Assembly: GCA_951406725.2 (NCBI GenBank)
Contig: OX597830.1
Span: forward strand, 56,296,001 to 56,360,000
Direction: 5' to 3'
Origin: Octopus vulgaris
Taxonomy: Eukaryota
Length of the DNA: 64,000 nt
Shown: in pieces, positions 1 to 15,679 of the stretch
Position numbering within the stretch: position 1 is the first letter of the stretch
How the letters are laid out: each line of letters opens with the position of its first letter
Program-made: the position numbers and the translations under genes
The notes under the pieces: model-generated
Told to the model about the DNA's origin: nothing
Seen by the model: the letters and a program-made list of their open reading frames with translations, nothing else
The model's database searches: none

Positions 1-578
1 TCATCCTTTTGGGGTTGATAAATTAAGTCCAAGTGAAACACTGGGGTTGATGTAATCAACTAGTCCCCTCCCCCGAAATTTCAGGCCTTGTGCCTTTAGT
101 AGAAAGGATTATTATTATCATGATGTCCTGTTTAAGCCAACTGACTCACTGAGCTCAAAGATAGGCCGTCTACACAGTGACTCAAGCTGACAGAAATAGC
201 AGTTAAATCTCTCACAAATAAAAAAACACTGCCATCTTGAAAAGAAAAATTAAGAACATATTAGACAGTCCAGACTTCTAAAAGATGGGATGGCCATGGC
301 TTGATTAACTTTGATTATACATCTCTTGATTCGGGGTTGATTTGGAATTAAATGGCAATATGAAGGAACAGAGGGCACACATTGGGTAATGTAGTCCTAG
401 ATACACTATATCTGAATAAAAGATGGGATAGTCATGGCTGGAATGGCTTTGATCATAGTTCTGTTGGGTCAGAGTTTGCCTAGGGCTACTACACCGCCGC
501 CACCACCACCACAACTACTACTACTACTACTACTACTACTTGTGACTAACTTGTTTGTTGTAACTTCCACTATTTCAG

Positions 579-808
579 TCTGTTGGACAGTGAACTACTA
601 GAAGAGAATGTCTGTTGTGAGTCTGGCAGTGATGTTAGTTCCGGTGCAGTTGAATTACTTGGCCAGCAGCTCTTACAGATGCATTGCGGCATCATCAAGT
701 TGATGGAGACCTGTTCCGTCCAGAATGCAACATTCCGGAAGAACATCCTCCACAATACATCATTCCTCTCTGAACTTGTTCATCTGCTTGGTGTTTCTCC
801 ACAACAAG
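579..808 (+). CDS. RTTN: RTTN exon (LLDSELLEENVCCE...VSPQQ)
   Basis: tttcag| acceptor and |gtatct donor; ends in phase 1, matching the next exon. Confidence 0.75.
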
Positions 809-888
809 GTATCTGGAATATAATTTCCTCAATCATGTGTGCGTGTGTGTGTATGTGTGTGTGCGTGCGTGCGTGTGTGTTTGTGTGT

Positions 889-926
<38 letters not shown>

Positions 927-1928
927 CTTGCTTCCCAGCCACATAGTTCCGGGTTCAGTCCCACTGTGTGGCACCTTCAGCAAGTTTCTTCTACTATAGC
1001 CTCGGGTTGACCAAAGCCTTGTGAGTAGATTTGGTAGACGGAAACTGAAAGAAGCCCATTGTTTATATATATGTATGTATGTATGTTTGTGTGTGGGTCT
1101 GTGTTGAACATCACTTGACAACCAGTGCTGGTGAGTTTATGTGCCAGTAACTTAGTGGTTTGGCAAAAGAGACCCATAGACCCACTAAGCTTACAAAGAA
1201 TAAGTCCTGGGGGCGATTTCTTTGACTAAAACCCCTTTTAAGATGGTGCTCCAGCATGGTCGCAGTCAAATGACTGAAACAAGTAAAAGAATAAAAGAAT
1301 GCGTGTATGTATTATATACTTTTATGTATCCGTTATGTGTGATAGAAACAGTATTAGTCTGAAACAGCAATCTGTGTATCATCTTAAAAGCAGATACATC
1401 ATTGAAAGCTAACTTAACTGTGGTAACTGTTCCACAGTAGCATCACTTATAAACATGCAATGTTCAAAAAACACAGATATATATCAGCAGCAGACAAAAC
1501 TCATCCAGCAGCAGTGTTGGCATTGCTAAATGTGCATTTCTACTTCTTTGAGCTTCATCAGTAGCAAATGTCCACTGGTCACTGCATGCTGTGGATGCTT
1601 GCTACTATCAAAACCCAATGATGTTATGTCTGCTGCTGATATATTTCTGTGTTTCTTAATACTATTTGGTTATAAGGGATGCTATTTTGAGGTGAATACT
1701 GCATTTAATTAAGCATTCAATGATGTGCCTAAGTATCATACAGAGATTGTTTTTATGTATTGGGTTGTAGTAAATAAAGTGAAAGTTGGCATTGACTTCT
1801 GTGATGAATTTAGTGTGTATGTAGGAGTCCATCGAGGTTCAGTCCTCACTCCTTTCCTAGTAATCATTGTCCTACAAGAGTGGGTTTGGTAGACAGAAAC
1901 TGAAAGAAGCCTGTTGTGTATATCTGTG

Positions 1929-1960
<32 letters not shown>

Positions 1961-2407
1961 CATACATACATGTATGCGTGTGCGTCCGAGGGCATGGCAA
2001 CCTCACTACTGCTGGTACCATGAAACAATGCATCCAGTACACTGTGGGTGCATTTAGGAAGGGTATCCAGCTTTAGAAACCGTTAAATCTGAGATGTGTG
2101 AGAAAGACGTGGTCCTGAAACTTCAATATGAATTATGTACCTGTCATGGTAGTGAATCCACATCAATATGAAAATGATTGTCATTATTTAGCATCCACTT
2201 TTCCATGCTTGCATTGGTCAAACAGAATTTGTTGAGTTAGATTTCTCTTTAGCCTGTTGCCAACCCTCACCTATTTTGAAGGAAGGTAATATTTTCCTTT
2301 GGTCAGATATGTTTCCTATGGAAAACTAGAAATGAACAACACTTCCTGTATGACTGTGATGCTCATTTACAACTATCATGTGATGCGAAGACAAAGATAC
2401 ACACACA

Positions 2408-2478
<71 letters not shown>

Positions 2479-5400
2479 GGTGGGCTTCTTTCAGTTTCTG
2501 TCTACCAAATCCACTGAAAAAGCTTTGGTTGGCCTAGATTTAATGTAGAAGGTGCTGCACATTGGGCTTGAACCAGAAACCCCACAGTTGGGAAGCAAGC
2601 TTCTGGAAGTAGATCCAACCAATGATAATCAAAGGTCTGATGGATCAGGTCCGGTATAGTTTTAGAATGATATGGTAGGGCAGGTGTAAGAGGCCAGATT
2701 CCAATCCGACACATTTCTGCTTTTTACATTATTTCTTTTGCTATGATCCGCATATCTGTTTCATAATAAGAAGTCACTTTATTAGATCCTACAAATTCTT
2801 AATTATTTGTGAAATTAATTGAAACATGTAGGTTGTGTATTTCATTAGAAATGTAGTAAAGTTAACCTAATAGGTTAAATATCATTTCAAATTCTTTAAC
2901 CCATTAGAATTTAAACTGGTCATATTCGGCCCAAATATTCTACCTGTTTTATGTTCAGACTGTCAGAATCTGGCCTCTCTAAATATTTTCTGTGGTACTG
3001 CTGTTCCAATGACTATTGAGTATAGTTTTCCAAAGCAAAATTCTAAATTTTGTTTCTTCTTTTGACATTTTTAGAATCCCAACCCATACATGTGATGTGT
3101 GAAACGATGTACCAGAAAACTTTCTCCATGCTCTCAACGTTTTTACAACTAGAAGGTTCTTTGGCACTCGATGCATCCGCTGTGATTTTTGAAGAGAACT
3201 GGAGCATCCTCTTTGGTAAATATGTCATTACATTTCAATAAATGTTATTCTTATTAGCAGGCTAAACCTATATTTAGAACGGTGTCATGTTTGAAAAACT
3301 GCAAACATTATCATTAATTTTGCTTTGTAAGGAGGTGAGCTAGCAGAATTGTTAGCATGTTGGACAAAATGTTTGACGACTTTTCACCCATCTTCATGTT
3401 CGTCATCATCATTGTTTAACGTCCGTTCTCCATGCTAGCATGGGTTGGATGGTTCGACCCAGGGTCTGGGAAGCCAGGAGGCTGCACCAGACTCCAATCT
3501 GATCTGGCAGAGTTTCTACAGCTGGATGCCCTTCCTAACGCCAACCACTCCGTGAGTGTAGTGGGTGCTTTTTACATGCCACCGGCACAGGTGCCAGGGG
3601 AGGCTGGCAGCGGCCATGATTGGTTGGTGCTTTTTACGTGCCACCGGCACAGAAGCCAGTCAAGGCAGCACTGGCATTGGCCACGTTCGGATGGTGCATT
3701 TTACATGCCACCGGCACAGGTATCACAACTACAATCTCCATTTGATATTTATTTTGATGTTGACGTTTCTGAGTTAAAATTCTGCTGAGGCTGATATTGC
3801 CTTTCATCCTGTCAGGGTTGATAAATTAAGTACCAGTTGAGCACTGGGGTCGATGTAATCGACTTACCCCTCCCCTAAATTGCTGGCCTTGTGCCAAAAT
3901 TTGAAATCATTAATTTTGTTTTGTAAGGTGGTGAGCTGGCAGAATTGTTACCATAGACAACACGCTTAACCAATATTTTTTCTGTTTTTATGTTCTGAGT
4001 TCAAATTCTGCTGAGGTTGGCTTTGCCTTTCATTCTCTTTGGGCTGATAAATAAAGGATCAGTTGAGCACTGGAGTCAATGTAATTGGCTATCCCCCACC
4101 CCCATAATTTGCAGCCTTGCACCTGTAGTAGAAAGGATTATTAATTTGCAAAGTAGAGGGGTCACTGTGACCATTTCAAGAGACTTTGGAATAGAACGTC
4201 TGTGACTAGGTTGTAGATATACCAATAGACAAACGCTTAACCAATATTATCATCATTACCATGTCTTTTAATGTTCTGAGTTACAAATGATTGCATTGGT
4301 CAGACATAATGTTAGAAATGACCTTTATTTTCAGGTTGTATTGAATACACCTTGTTGAAGAAGCAGAACCAAAGTTTGCAGGAAAGTTGCTTAATGTTTT
4401 TGGCTCACCTGTTTGCCGAGGAAGGGAAAATGCATAGTAAAACCCTGAAGAAAGAAGCTATAGACAACAGAATTATTAAAAGACTTCTTGATGATACAGT
4501 TCCACCTTCTTCCAAACGATGTAAGTCATTTTTCTAAACGAGCTTTATAACCCCACTCTTGTATTTGCCTGCTTGAGTCGAGGCAGGTACTGTTCATACT
4601 TAATTTAAACCTTCCATTGTTATTTTATATGAGAAACTTTTGTCATGTTCCAAGCACTATCTTTATATATCAACATACATCTGTCTTTTGTTATGTTCTA
4701 AATACCATCTTAGTGGTTAGTGTTGGGCTCACAATCATGAGGTAGTGAGTTCAATCCTTGAACTGGGCTGTGTGTTGTGTTCTTGAGCAAGACATTATAT
4801 TTCACGTTGCTCCAGTTCACTCAGCTGTAGAAATGAGATGCGACGTCACTGGTGCCAAGCTGTAGCAGCCTTTGCCTTTCCCTTGAATAACATCAGTGGC
4901 ATAGAAAGGGGAGGCTGGTATGCATGGGCAATTGCTGGTCTTCCATAAAACCAACCTTGCCAGGACTTGTACCTTGGAGGAAAACTTTTTAGGTGCAATC
5001 CTATGGTCGTTCATGAGTGAAGGGGATCTTTATACCAATCAATATTTGTCTTTTGTTCTGTTCCACACGCCATCTTGATGTACTTTCTTCATCATTTTAC
5101 TTCCACTTTCTAATCTGGAATGGGTTGGATGAATCACCATAGTCTGAGTCAGTTCTTATTGGGAGCCACTACCTTCATAGGTTGGCCTGTAGGCAAATTC
5201 TTGCTTATATGTTTCAATTTTGACTTGGTCTGTATGGCTGGATTCCCTTCCTTAGCACCAACCACTTTACAGACTGTACTGGATACATTTCATAATGGCA
5301 CCAGCACTAGAGAGCTGTCATGTCCTTGACAAGACAAGACAAGACTAAATGGCATAATATATAATTGTCTTTTCTTAATTTGTGTTCCAAATGCCAATTT

Positions 5401-8400
5401 AATAGACCAAGATATAGTTCTTTTAAGACATCATACAGAGGGATAGATAATTATACATCTTTAAAATTTATTTATTATGGTATTATTCTCATTAAATTCC
5501 AATCCGACACATTTCTGCTTTTTACATTATTTCTTTTACTATGATCCGCATATCTGTTTCATAATAAAAAGTCACTTTATTAGATCCTACAAATTCTTAA
5601 TTATTTGTGAAATTAATTGAAACATGTAGGTTGTGTATTTCATTAGAAATGTAAAGTTAACCCATTAGAATTTAAACTGGTCATATTCGGCCCTAATATT
5701 CTACCTGTTTTATGTTCAGACTGTCAGAATCTGGCCTCTTACACCTGCCCTACCATGTCATTCTAAAACTATACAATCACTTCATTGCAAGATCAGCGTT
5801 GCAAGTTAATGCACCATTAATTCAAAACAATGCAAATTAATCAGTATTAAATTTCACTGAGTAATCTGAATGCTAAAAGCAAACTTGAAAAGTTACTTCC
5901 CTTGGTCACTTTGTTGGAAACACTCCGTCGGTTACGACGATGAGGGTTCCAGTTGATCAGAATCAATGGAACAGCCTGCTCGTGAAATTAACGTGTAAGT
6001 GGCTGAGCACTCCACGGACACGTGCAACCTTAACGTAGTTCTCGTGGATATTCAGCGTGACACAGAGAGTGACAAGGCCGGCCCCTTGAAATACAGGTAC
6101 AACAGAAACTGGAAGTAAGAGTGAGAGAAAGTTGTGGTGAAAGAGTACAGCAGGGATCACCACCATGCCGGAGCCTCGTGGAGCTTTTAGGTGTTTTCGC
6201 TCAATAAACACTCACAACGCCCGGTCTGGGAATCGAAACCACGATCCTATGACCACAAGTCCTCTGCCCTAACTACTGGGCCATTGCGCCTCCACTCCCT
6301 TGGTCACTAACCACTGTCTTAACTTCCTTGTGCATAAAATATAAAAACAAAAACGCAGATATACTATTAAATATATTGTATTTACGGCTTGTTACTTATT
6401 TTTTAATTACAATATTTTTTTCAGACGATGCTAACCAAAATACCACTTCAGGTTCTATTCTGTGTAATCTTCTTATGAAAATGCATGAGAGGGTGATTTC
6501 AAAACCAGGCGATGAATTGGTACATCTTTCAGGCAATGCTTTGAAATGCTTGCTTGCCATAAGCTTCTCTGCCAAGGACACCGCTCTGAAAGGTAAACAA
6601 TCTCATTTTCTGTTGTGGAGGAGTCAACACTTTTTGTAACAGCCTACTTAATTCTTTAATACAAAATCACTCATTTATAACTGTTTATATTTACAGTAAA
6701 AACTTCCGTCATAATTTTATATAAGTATCTTCTCTTTTGTTACCAAACTGCATAAGAGAATCCCTGGTTCTTTGATACAAACTTCATGTCATAATTTTTG
6801 AAATGTTGGCAGCCAAACCGAAAAGATCCAAATAATTTAAATTAAAACTTTCCACCAAAATTTCATGTTGATTTCTATTCTGAATACCAGCTTAATATGT
6901 ATAGATCATATGCTGTCTTTCAAAATTGGCTGCTATTTTTAGCAGATCAAGCAACCACATAGTGTTGAACTTGTTTGTTTATTTAGTTCTGTTGTGTTTA
7001 CAGGTGGCTTTGTAGAAAGTGTGATGCAACATTTGAAAGATTGGCATGCCAAGCTGAATCTGGCGTTTCTTCAGTCAAAGAAAAACTCTTCTTCAAGAAA
7101 GAAACAGGTTTGTGCAGTATTTGAATGGAAGAATTGTGGTGCCGAGAGGGGAGAGGGTGGTGGGAGGGTTATTATGTCATTGGTGAAAAGTTGGTGTTAC
7201 ACCACCTGTGATGTATTGTTGTAAAGTGGTTGGCATTCGGAAGGGCATCCAGCTGTAAAAACCTCACCAAAACTGACCTCGCCTGTGCTTGTGCCACGTA
7301 AAAAGTATTAAGTCCACTCTGCTGAGTGGTTGGTGATAGGAAGGGCATCCAGCTGTAAAAAGCCTGCCAAAACTGTTACAGAAGTCTGGTGCAGGCTTTT
7401 GTCTGGCTGGTTCTTGTCAAACCATCCCACCCATGCCAGCATGAAAGGTGCACGTTAAACGATGATGATGATGATGATGTCTGTAACATAGTGTGATTGA
7501 TGGACTGGTGATAGATATATCTATGACTAATGTTGTAACATTACTAGACGAAGTGTATCACACATCATCTGTTATGTGATACTGAAGGACATGTTACATC
7601 ATTTGTGGCACAACAGGTTATAGGTTGTAATATTGATTAGCAAGAGATGCTATTGTATCGTATGTCATTTTGTGGAGCAGTGACATTAAATATCAAAGAG
7701 TCTTTAGAATGGAAATCGATCAATGGAAATTGCAGATGTGTTACCAGTGCCGGTGGCATGTAAGAGAACCTTCCGTTTCGCGACCGTTGCCAGCACCGCC
7801 CCGTTTCGTGTCCGTTGCCAGCCTCGCCTGGCCCTTGTGCCGGTGGCACATAAAAAGCACCATCCGTTCGTGGCCGTTTGCCAGCTCTGTCTGGCACCTG
7901 TGCGGGTGGCACGTAAAAAGCACCCACTACACTCACGGAGTGGTTGGCGTTAGGAAGGGCATCCAGCCGTAGAAACACTGCCAGATTTGACTGGGCCTGA
8001 TGAAGCCTTCTGGCTTCACAGACCCCAGTAGAACCGTCCAACCCATGCTAGCATGGAAAACGGACGCTAAACGACGATGATGATGATGATGACTCTAGGC
8101 ACAAGGCCTTGAAAATTTTGGGGGAAGGGGGCTAGTCAATTATATCAACCCCAAGTGCGTAACTAGTTCTTATTTCATCAACCCCCGAAAGGATGAAAGG
8201 CAAAGTCGACCTTGGCGGAATTTGAACTCAGAACATAGCGGCAGACGAAATACCTATTTCTTTACTATCCAGAAGGGGCTAAACACAGAGGGGGCAAACA
8301 AACGGATTAAGTTGATTATATCGTCCCCAGTGCGTAACTGGTACTTATTTAATCGACCCCAAAAGGATGAAAGGCAAAATCGACCTCGGCGGAATTTGAG

Positions 8401-9739
8401 CTCAGAACATAGCGACAAATGAAATACCACTAAGCATTTTGCCTGGTGTGCTGACGATTTTGCCACCTTCAAAAAGAGCCTTTAATAAAAGCTGATATAA
8501 ATGTTGGCTGGTTGGTTTATTTCTCTAGTCACATTTGTCATCATATAGAGAAAGGAGGAGAGAAAGTAAACGAGAGATACAGAAAGAGTTAACGTAAGGG
8601 GTGCAGGATGAGTGTCTTGTAACTTTCTGGCAAGCATATATTTTGAATGAAATTTTGCAGATAAATTTTCCATGGAGTAGATTGTAGTTATGTGTAAAAA
8701 ATTTAGAAAAAAATAACAATATATATTTATTGCAAATATACAAATGAGAAATTTGTTTTATTTCATTTTATTTCAAAGTAATAAATATTTTTTTTCCTTT
8801 TCAAAATTAGTATTCATATCATTATTTTGTTTAAGCACTAAAAAAATTTGGCAAAAGTTTAACTATAATTGTTGCCTGTACACCTTATTTCTTAATATTA
8901 CAACAGAAATATACTTCCAAAGTTATTTGTAATAGACAGGTAATACCCTAGTATTAAATATCTTGTAACATAAATGGACTGGATGTTGTGACAAGTGTTA
9001 CAATTGTCATTTTCACCACCACTGAATGTCCACTTTCCATGCTGGCATGGTTTGGGCAGTTTGAGAAAACCTGGAAAATCAGAAGACCATGTCAAGCTCT
9101 ATAGTTTACTTTGGTATGGTTTCTATGGCTGGATGCCCTTCCTAATGCCAACCACAAGTATTATACTATGTGTAGTTACTTTGTCAAACATTATTTCTGA
9201 GCTCTAATGATATAATTAATGGATGACCTTCAAGCCTTTTTTTTTTTTTTTTTAAGTTCACAACCACTATAAATGTAACAAATTACTCTCATTGAACTGA
9301 TTAATATAAATTAATTTATCCTCACCCTTTTTCATTCTAGACAGAATCATTATTACAAGATGTCTTGATGGCCTTCCAAATATTGACCAACTTTGCTACA
9401 CACCACCAAGAGGTTAAGGTGAGTTATCGTTATTTTTACTGCTGCTGCTACTACTACTACTACTACCACTGTAATGATGAATTAGCAGATTTGGATAGTC
9501 ATCGTCATTGATGATTCTTTAGCCTGCCTGAAATAGCAATCAAGTCTCTTTCAAATTACACCCTACCAGGCGTAGGAGTGGCTGTGTGGTAAGTAGCTTG
9601 CTTACCAACCACATGGTTCTGGGTTCAGTTCCACTGCATGGCACCTTGGGCAAGTGTCTTCTACTATAGCCTCGGGCCGACCAAAGCCTTGTGAGTGGAT
9701 TTGGTAGATGGAAACTAAAAGAAGCCCGTCGTATGTGTG

Positions 9740-9789
<50 letters not shown>

Positions 9790-12700
9790 TGTATATGTTT
9801 GTCACCCCAACATCGCTTGACAACCGATGCTGGTGTGTTTATGTCCCCGTAACCTAGCAGTTCGGCATAAGAGATCGATAGAATAGGTACTAGGCTTACA
9901 ACGAATAAGTCCTGGGGTCGATTTGCTCGACTAAAGGCAGTACTCCAGCATGGCCACTGTCAAATGACTGAAACAAGTAAAAAAGTACCAAATTAAAAAA
10001 AAAAAGGAAGGACACACTGTATGATGTTAATACACTGTGTGGGTCATGAGAAAACTAATGATTTATACAGCTGTATAAATCGTTATCTCTGTAATGATCC
10101 TACACAGCTGCAACTATATCTGATAAATGGGACACTTAAAAAGTACTAACCCCCATCTTTTTGGTCATAGTTTGTGATGTTTGTTATCGAAAGAGTTAAC
10201 CCCGTTTTTTTTATGTTGTTGTTTGCAGTTGGTGTGTCAGAGCAGTTACCTACCTCAGATGGTCCACTCCATGTGGTGTTGGTGTCTTGAAGATAAACCA
10301 CTTATGTGTTCTGCTGTCAACCTCCTCATCTCCTATACAGCCAATTGTCCAAAAGGTAAGATCACTGATGGGCAGGGATGTTAGGACTATGGGGTGGGGA
10401 TAGTAGCATTTCTGATAAGGTAAAAGGGTAAAGAATCCCTTTGGTCATGAATGACCAAGGGACTGTACCTAGAAAGTTCTCCTCCTAGGTACAAGTCCAG
10501 GCAAGGTTGTTTATGGAAAACCAGCAGCCACCCATGCATACCAGCCTCCCCCATGCTACTGATGTTATCCAAAGGAAAGGCAAAGGGGCCAATACAGCTT
10601 GGTACCAATGACGTTGCAGTTTATTTCTACAGCTGCATGAACTGAAGCAATATGAAATAAAGTGTCTTGTTCAAGAACACAACACACAGCCCAGTCTGAG
10701 AATTGAACTCATTATCTCATGATTGTGAGCCTGATGCTCTAACCAGAGCCATGCACTTTGTAATAGGGTAATAACATAGCAATAGACAGAATCATTCTGG
10801 AGAAGTAATAACAGAGGAACGGACAGAGCCACTGTTGTGAGAGGGGTGTGTGGAGTATAGCATAGACATGGAGAGAGCCATTTTAGTAAAAGAGGTGTTT
10901 GGAGTGGAATACAGCATAGAAATAGATAGAATAGATAGAGCCACGTTGACAAGAAGGGTGTGTGAAATATAGTATAAGAATAGTCTGGGTCAGTTTAGTA
11001 ACAGAGATGTGTGGAGTCTAACAGAAATGAATTGTGTATTTTGGCAAGCAGTGCATGTGGGGTATAAAAGTGGGAGCAGACACTGGTGTATGTGAAATAT
11101 AGCATAAAAATGGATAGGACCATTTGGGTGAGACAGTTGCAATGAGTACAGCATAGAAGTGGATGGTCCAACTTTAGTGAGAAGGGTATGTGGAGTGATG
11201 GACAGAACCATTCTGGGGAAGACAGTGAAAAATGTTATAAGAATAGAAGAAACCATTTTGCTAAGTGGGGTACATAGATTGCTATTGGAATAGTTACAAC
11301 TGTTCTATGGAGGTAGGTGGAGTATGTAATAGGAAGAAAAAAAACCCACTTGAGAAGGGTGGGTAGTGTGTTTAGCAAGAGGAGTGTTGAAGTATGGAGT
11401 TGTATCAAGATGTGTCATTTTTGTGACAGTGATGTAATCTATGTTACAGCTTGTAGTTCACTGGCATACACCCATCCCGTCACGCAGGGCAGCAGTAGCA
11501 GCATCATACCGAACCGTAACCAGTTAAGCAACAACTCATTGGTACACTGTTTGGTACACCTTTTGGCATCGGAACCAACCAAGGATAATGGCTCTTTGAT
11601 AACGTCAGTGTTCCATTTGTTGTCAATATTAATGGTTTCAGGCGAATGTCGCAACATCCTTCTCAAGGTCAGTTTTGTAGTTTTTTTTTTGACCTTTTAT
11701 ATTATCATCATTTAATGTCCGTTTTCCATGCTGGCATGGGTTGGACAGTTTGACAGGAGCTAGCCAGCCAGAGAACCCCATTTGTGTTTTGGCTTGGTTT
11801 CTACAGCTGGATGTCCTTCCAAATGCCAACCACGGGTTCTTCTATGTGGTACCAGCACAAGTGCTCTTACATGGCATCTGCACAAGTGTATTTTATGTGG
11901 TGCCGACATCATCATCATTTAACGTCTGTTTTCCATGCTAGCATGGGTTGGACAGTTCGACCGGGGTCTGGTAAGCCATGGAGGCTGCACCAGGCTCTAG
12001 TCTGATTTGGCAGTGTTTCTACAGCTGGATGCCCTTCCTAACGCCAACCACTCCATGAGTGTAGTGGGTGTTTTTACATGCCACGGCACAGGGGCCAGAG
12101 CAGGCTGGCAAATGGCCATGATCGGTTGGTGCTTTTACGTGTCACCGACAAGGACGCCAGCATGATCTTTTATATTTTTTTATCCTTTTAAAACAGTCAT
12201 CAAATATTACTGACCACCTGTTGTTGTCATTAACCTACTGTAGGGTGGTGGACTTTATCCATCAAACATCACAGCCTGACACTTTAGGTGTCTTTTGCAG
12301 CACACTTCACTCTGTTGTAATCATTTGGGCTAGGTCTCCTGTTTGCGCATACCATCCTCCCTCTCAGTCTTGGAGACCCTATAAAGGGTCATGGCCATTG
12401 GCCTCCCTCTCTGCTCAAAAAAAAAAAAAAAAAACCAACTCTGGCGTACTTTGCTGTTTTATCATACCAATTTCCTTACTACCCACAAGGGGCTAAACAC
12501 AGAGAGGACAAACAAGGACAGACAAAGGGATTAAGTCGATTACATCGACCCCAGTGCTCAACTGGTACTTATTTAATCGACCCCGAAAGGATGAAAGGCA
12601 AAGTTGACCTCGGCAGAATTTGAACTCAGAACGTAACAGCAGACGAAATACAGCTACACATTTCTGCCAGCTCGCCACCTTTTTTATCATACCTATGATG

Positions 12701-14101
12701 CTGTTGTTTAAAAGACCATTCCACTCATGACCATCCCATCTTTTGGAATTAAATGGTTGCTAATCTAACAAATTGTTTCTGTTGATCCAGTTTTATTTGT
12801 CAGGCAAAAATGCCTTAAGATGTCAATCACAAACTGTTTCCCAGCTTTGAGTTGAGGAGTTTGTTAAAGATTTGGTTGTTACATTGAGCAGGTCAGTCAG
12901 CTCTGAAGTAGGTTCTTCAGTAGCTTAAAGAGTGCTCCATGGGGCAGCATATTGTAGGAAGGATTATTATTAAGGCTGCAAGCTTTCTACTATAGGCACA
13001 ATGCCTGAAATTTTGTGAGAGGGATCAGTTGATTACATCAGCCCCAATTCTCAACTGGTATTCATTTTATCAACCTCAAAAGCCTGAAAGGCAAAGTCAA
13101 CCTTAGTGGAATTTGAACTTAGAACATAGAGACAGACAAAATGTTGCTAAGCATCTTGTCTGGCGTGCTAACAATTCTGCTAGCTCACCACCTTAAAAAT
13201 AATAATTTTGGCACAAGATCAGCAACTTTTGGAGAGTGGCTAAGTTGATTACATCAATACCAGTGCTTAACTTAAGCACTTTTATTGGCCCCTTGAGGGT
13301 GAAAGGTAAAGTGAACCTCAGTAGTAATTGAGCTCTGAACATATAAATAGATGAAATGCTGCTAAGCATTTTGTCTGGTGTACTAATAATTCTGCCAGGT
13401 TGCCACCATAATAACGATAATGGTTTTGAATTTTGGCACAGGGAAAGGGTTAAATCGATTACATTGATTCCAGTTCTCAACGCAAGGTTGACCTCGGCAG
13501 CATTTGAACTCAGAATGTAAAGATGGATGAAACGCCACTAAGCATTTTGCCTGATGTACCAACAATTCTGCCAGCTTGCCACCTTTGAATATTGGTTTCA
13601 AATTTACCACAAAGCCAGCAAGTTGGGGGGAGGGGGATAAATTGATTATATCGACACCCCCCCTGCCCAAAGTTCAACTGGTACTTTTTTTGTTAACCAT
13701 GAAAGGATGAAATGCAAAGTCAATCTCATTAGAATTTGAACTCAGAATGTAAAGTCGAATGAAGTGCTGCTAAGCATTTTACCCAAATAATAATAGCAGT
13801 AATGCCATGCTGATTTCCAGAATGGTTGGTTGATAACTGACTCTATAGCATTGCTAGTTTACCAAGTGAATGACTGAAGGTTTACTATTTTACTTGTTTC
13901 AGTCATTTGACTGCGGCCATGCTGGAGCACCGCCTTTAGTCGAGCAAATCAACCCCAGGACTTATTCATTGTAAGCCTAGTACTTATTCTATCGGGATCC
14001 TTTTGCTGAACCGCTAAGTTACGAGGACGTAAACACATCAGCATCGGTTGTCAAGCGATGTTGGTGGGGACAAACATATACACACACATACATATATATA
14101 T

Positions 14102-14157
<56 letters not shown>

Positions 14158-15635
14158 CACACATATATATACGACGAGCTTCTTTCAGTTTCTGTCTACC
14201 AAATCCACTCACAAGGCTTTGGTCGGCCCGAGGCTATAGTAGAAGGCAATTGCCCAAGGTGCCACGCAGTGGGACTGAACCCAGAACCATGTGGCTCGTA
14301 AGCAAGCAACTTACCACACAGCCACTCCTGCACCTATCTGTCAATTTCCCGTGTCCCTTTTAATGGCTTAGTATATCTAGCTGCATATAGGGACCACATG
14401 TCATAAAGTTCTCAGTAAGCTATACTGAGGACATTCTCATTGACTGGCAATGCTGTATTCAGATCCTATTAAGGAACTATGTACGAGAAACATTTTCCTT
14501 GATTTACTATTCTTGGGGAAATACCTATTTTACACAAACTATGGACACTTGACCTGCTAAAAGTAGCAGCCAAATTTCCTTTAAAAAACACTTGATCATG
14601 TAGTCTTAGATACATTGAATAAAAGACAGGATAGTCATAGTTGGAATGCCTTTTTTTGATTTGCTCAATCAACAACAGCCTATTTACAGCCAGATAGACT
14701 GGGCCATAAAGTCATAAGTGCCTTTGACACGTGTACCCAAGGCTAACACTCTTTGTTTTTGTCAACTCTTGCTCTGAGTCTCTCCTTCATTCCTATCTAT
14801 ATATATCCTTCAGTTGGCAAAGACAAAATCTTACATCCGAGATATTTGATAAAATGTTTGTTGCTAAGTATTGTTATCTTGAATGATAAACTGTTAGATA
14901 TAGCAGACATGACAACAGTTACATAAATATGTTAACCAAGAATAGACATAATGAGCATCACAACACAACATATACTGAAAACAGAAGTTAGTTTCATTAT
15001 TTATTTATTTTTTTGGAAAGCAGTTTTTTATTTAAATATTTAAAAAAAGTCGTGGAAGATTGAGTTTACTGAAATGGATTGCAATGAATAAAGATTGAGA
15101 ACTGCTGCTTCTATGCTAGATATAGCAACCAAATTTCCTCCAAGCCTCACACTCCATCTAACACCTTAATGAAAAAAAAAAAAAAACATGGGACAAAATC
15201 ATACCTGATAAACATAAAGATGGGATGGTCATAGCTGGAAAGCCATTGATCATAGGTTTGCTGTATTAGGGTTTTAAGTTTTAATAATACAGATGAAAAA
15301 TACCTAATTATCATTTTTCCATTTTTTTCCCCCACCACATACGCAGGTGAACTTCTTGAATGAATTCCTCAACATCACAGTGAAAAGGACCAAGAGAAAG
15401 ACAGATCTGCGGAACAGTTACGATGCAGAACTTTGCTGGCTGGAGTTGTTCCGATCCTTGTCCTTCTCTGATGAGGGTCAGCTCATGATATTTAAGATCA
15501 AAAGTAAGAATTTTATATATATATAGATGTATGTGTGTGTGTGTATCCAAGCTGGAGTGGAACCGGTAAAATCCAGGCTATATATGTTTCTAAGCTAGCT
15601 GATTCATCAATGTAGTAATCATACAAGGGGACCCT

Positions 15636-15679
<44 letters not shown>

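Noticed and set aside
6215-6295. tRNA gene (and similar SINE heads elsewhere)
   Set aside because: The A/B boxes belong to a TSD-flanked SINE and no complete cloverleaf is evident
10800-11290. Regularly spaced repeats as a CRISPR-like array (also 23740-24130 and 45220-45425)
   Set aside because: Units are degenerate tandem copies without unique spacers, the context is a eukaryotic intron, and there are no cas genes
15467-15495. CTGATGAG followed by a short stem as a hammerhead
   Set aside because: No GAAA or NUH follows; it is RTTN coding sequence (SDEGQL)
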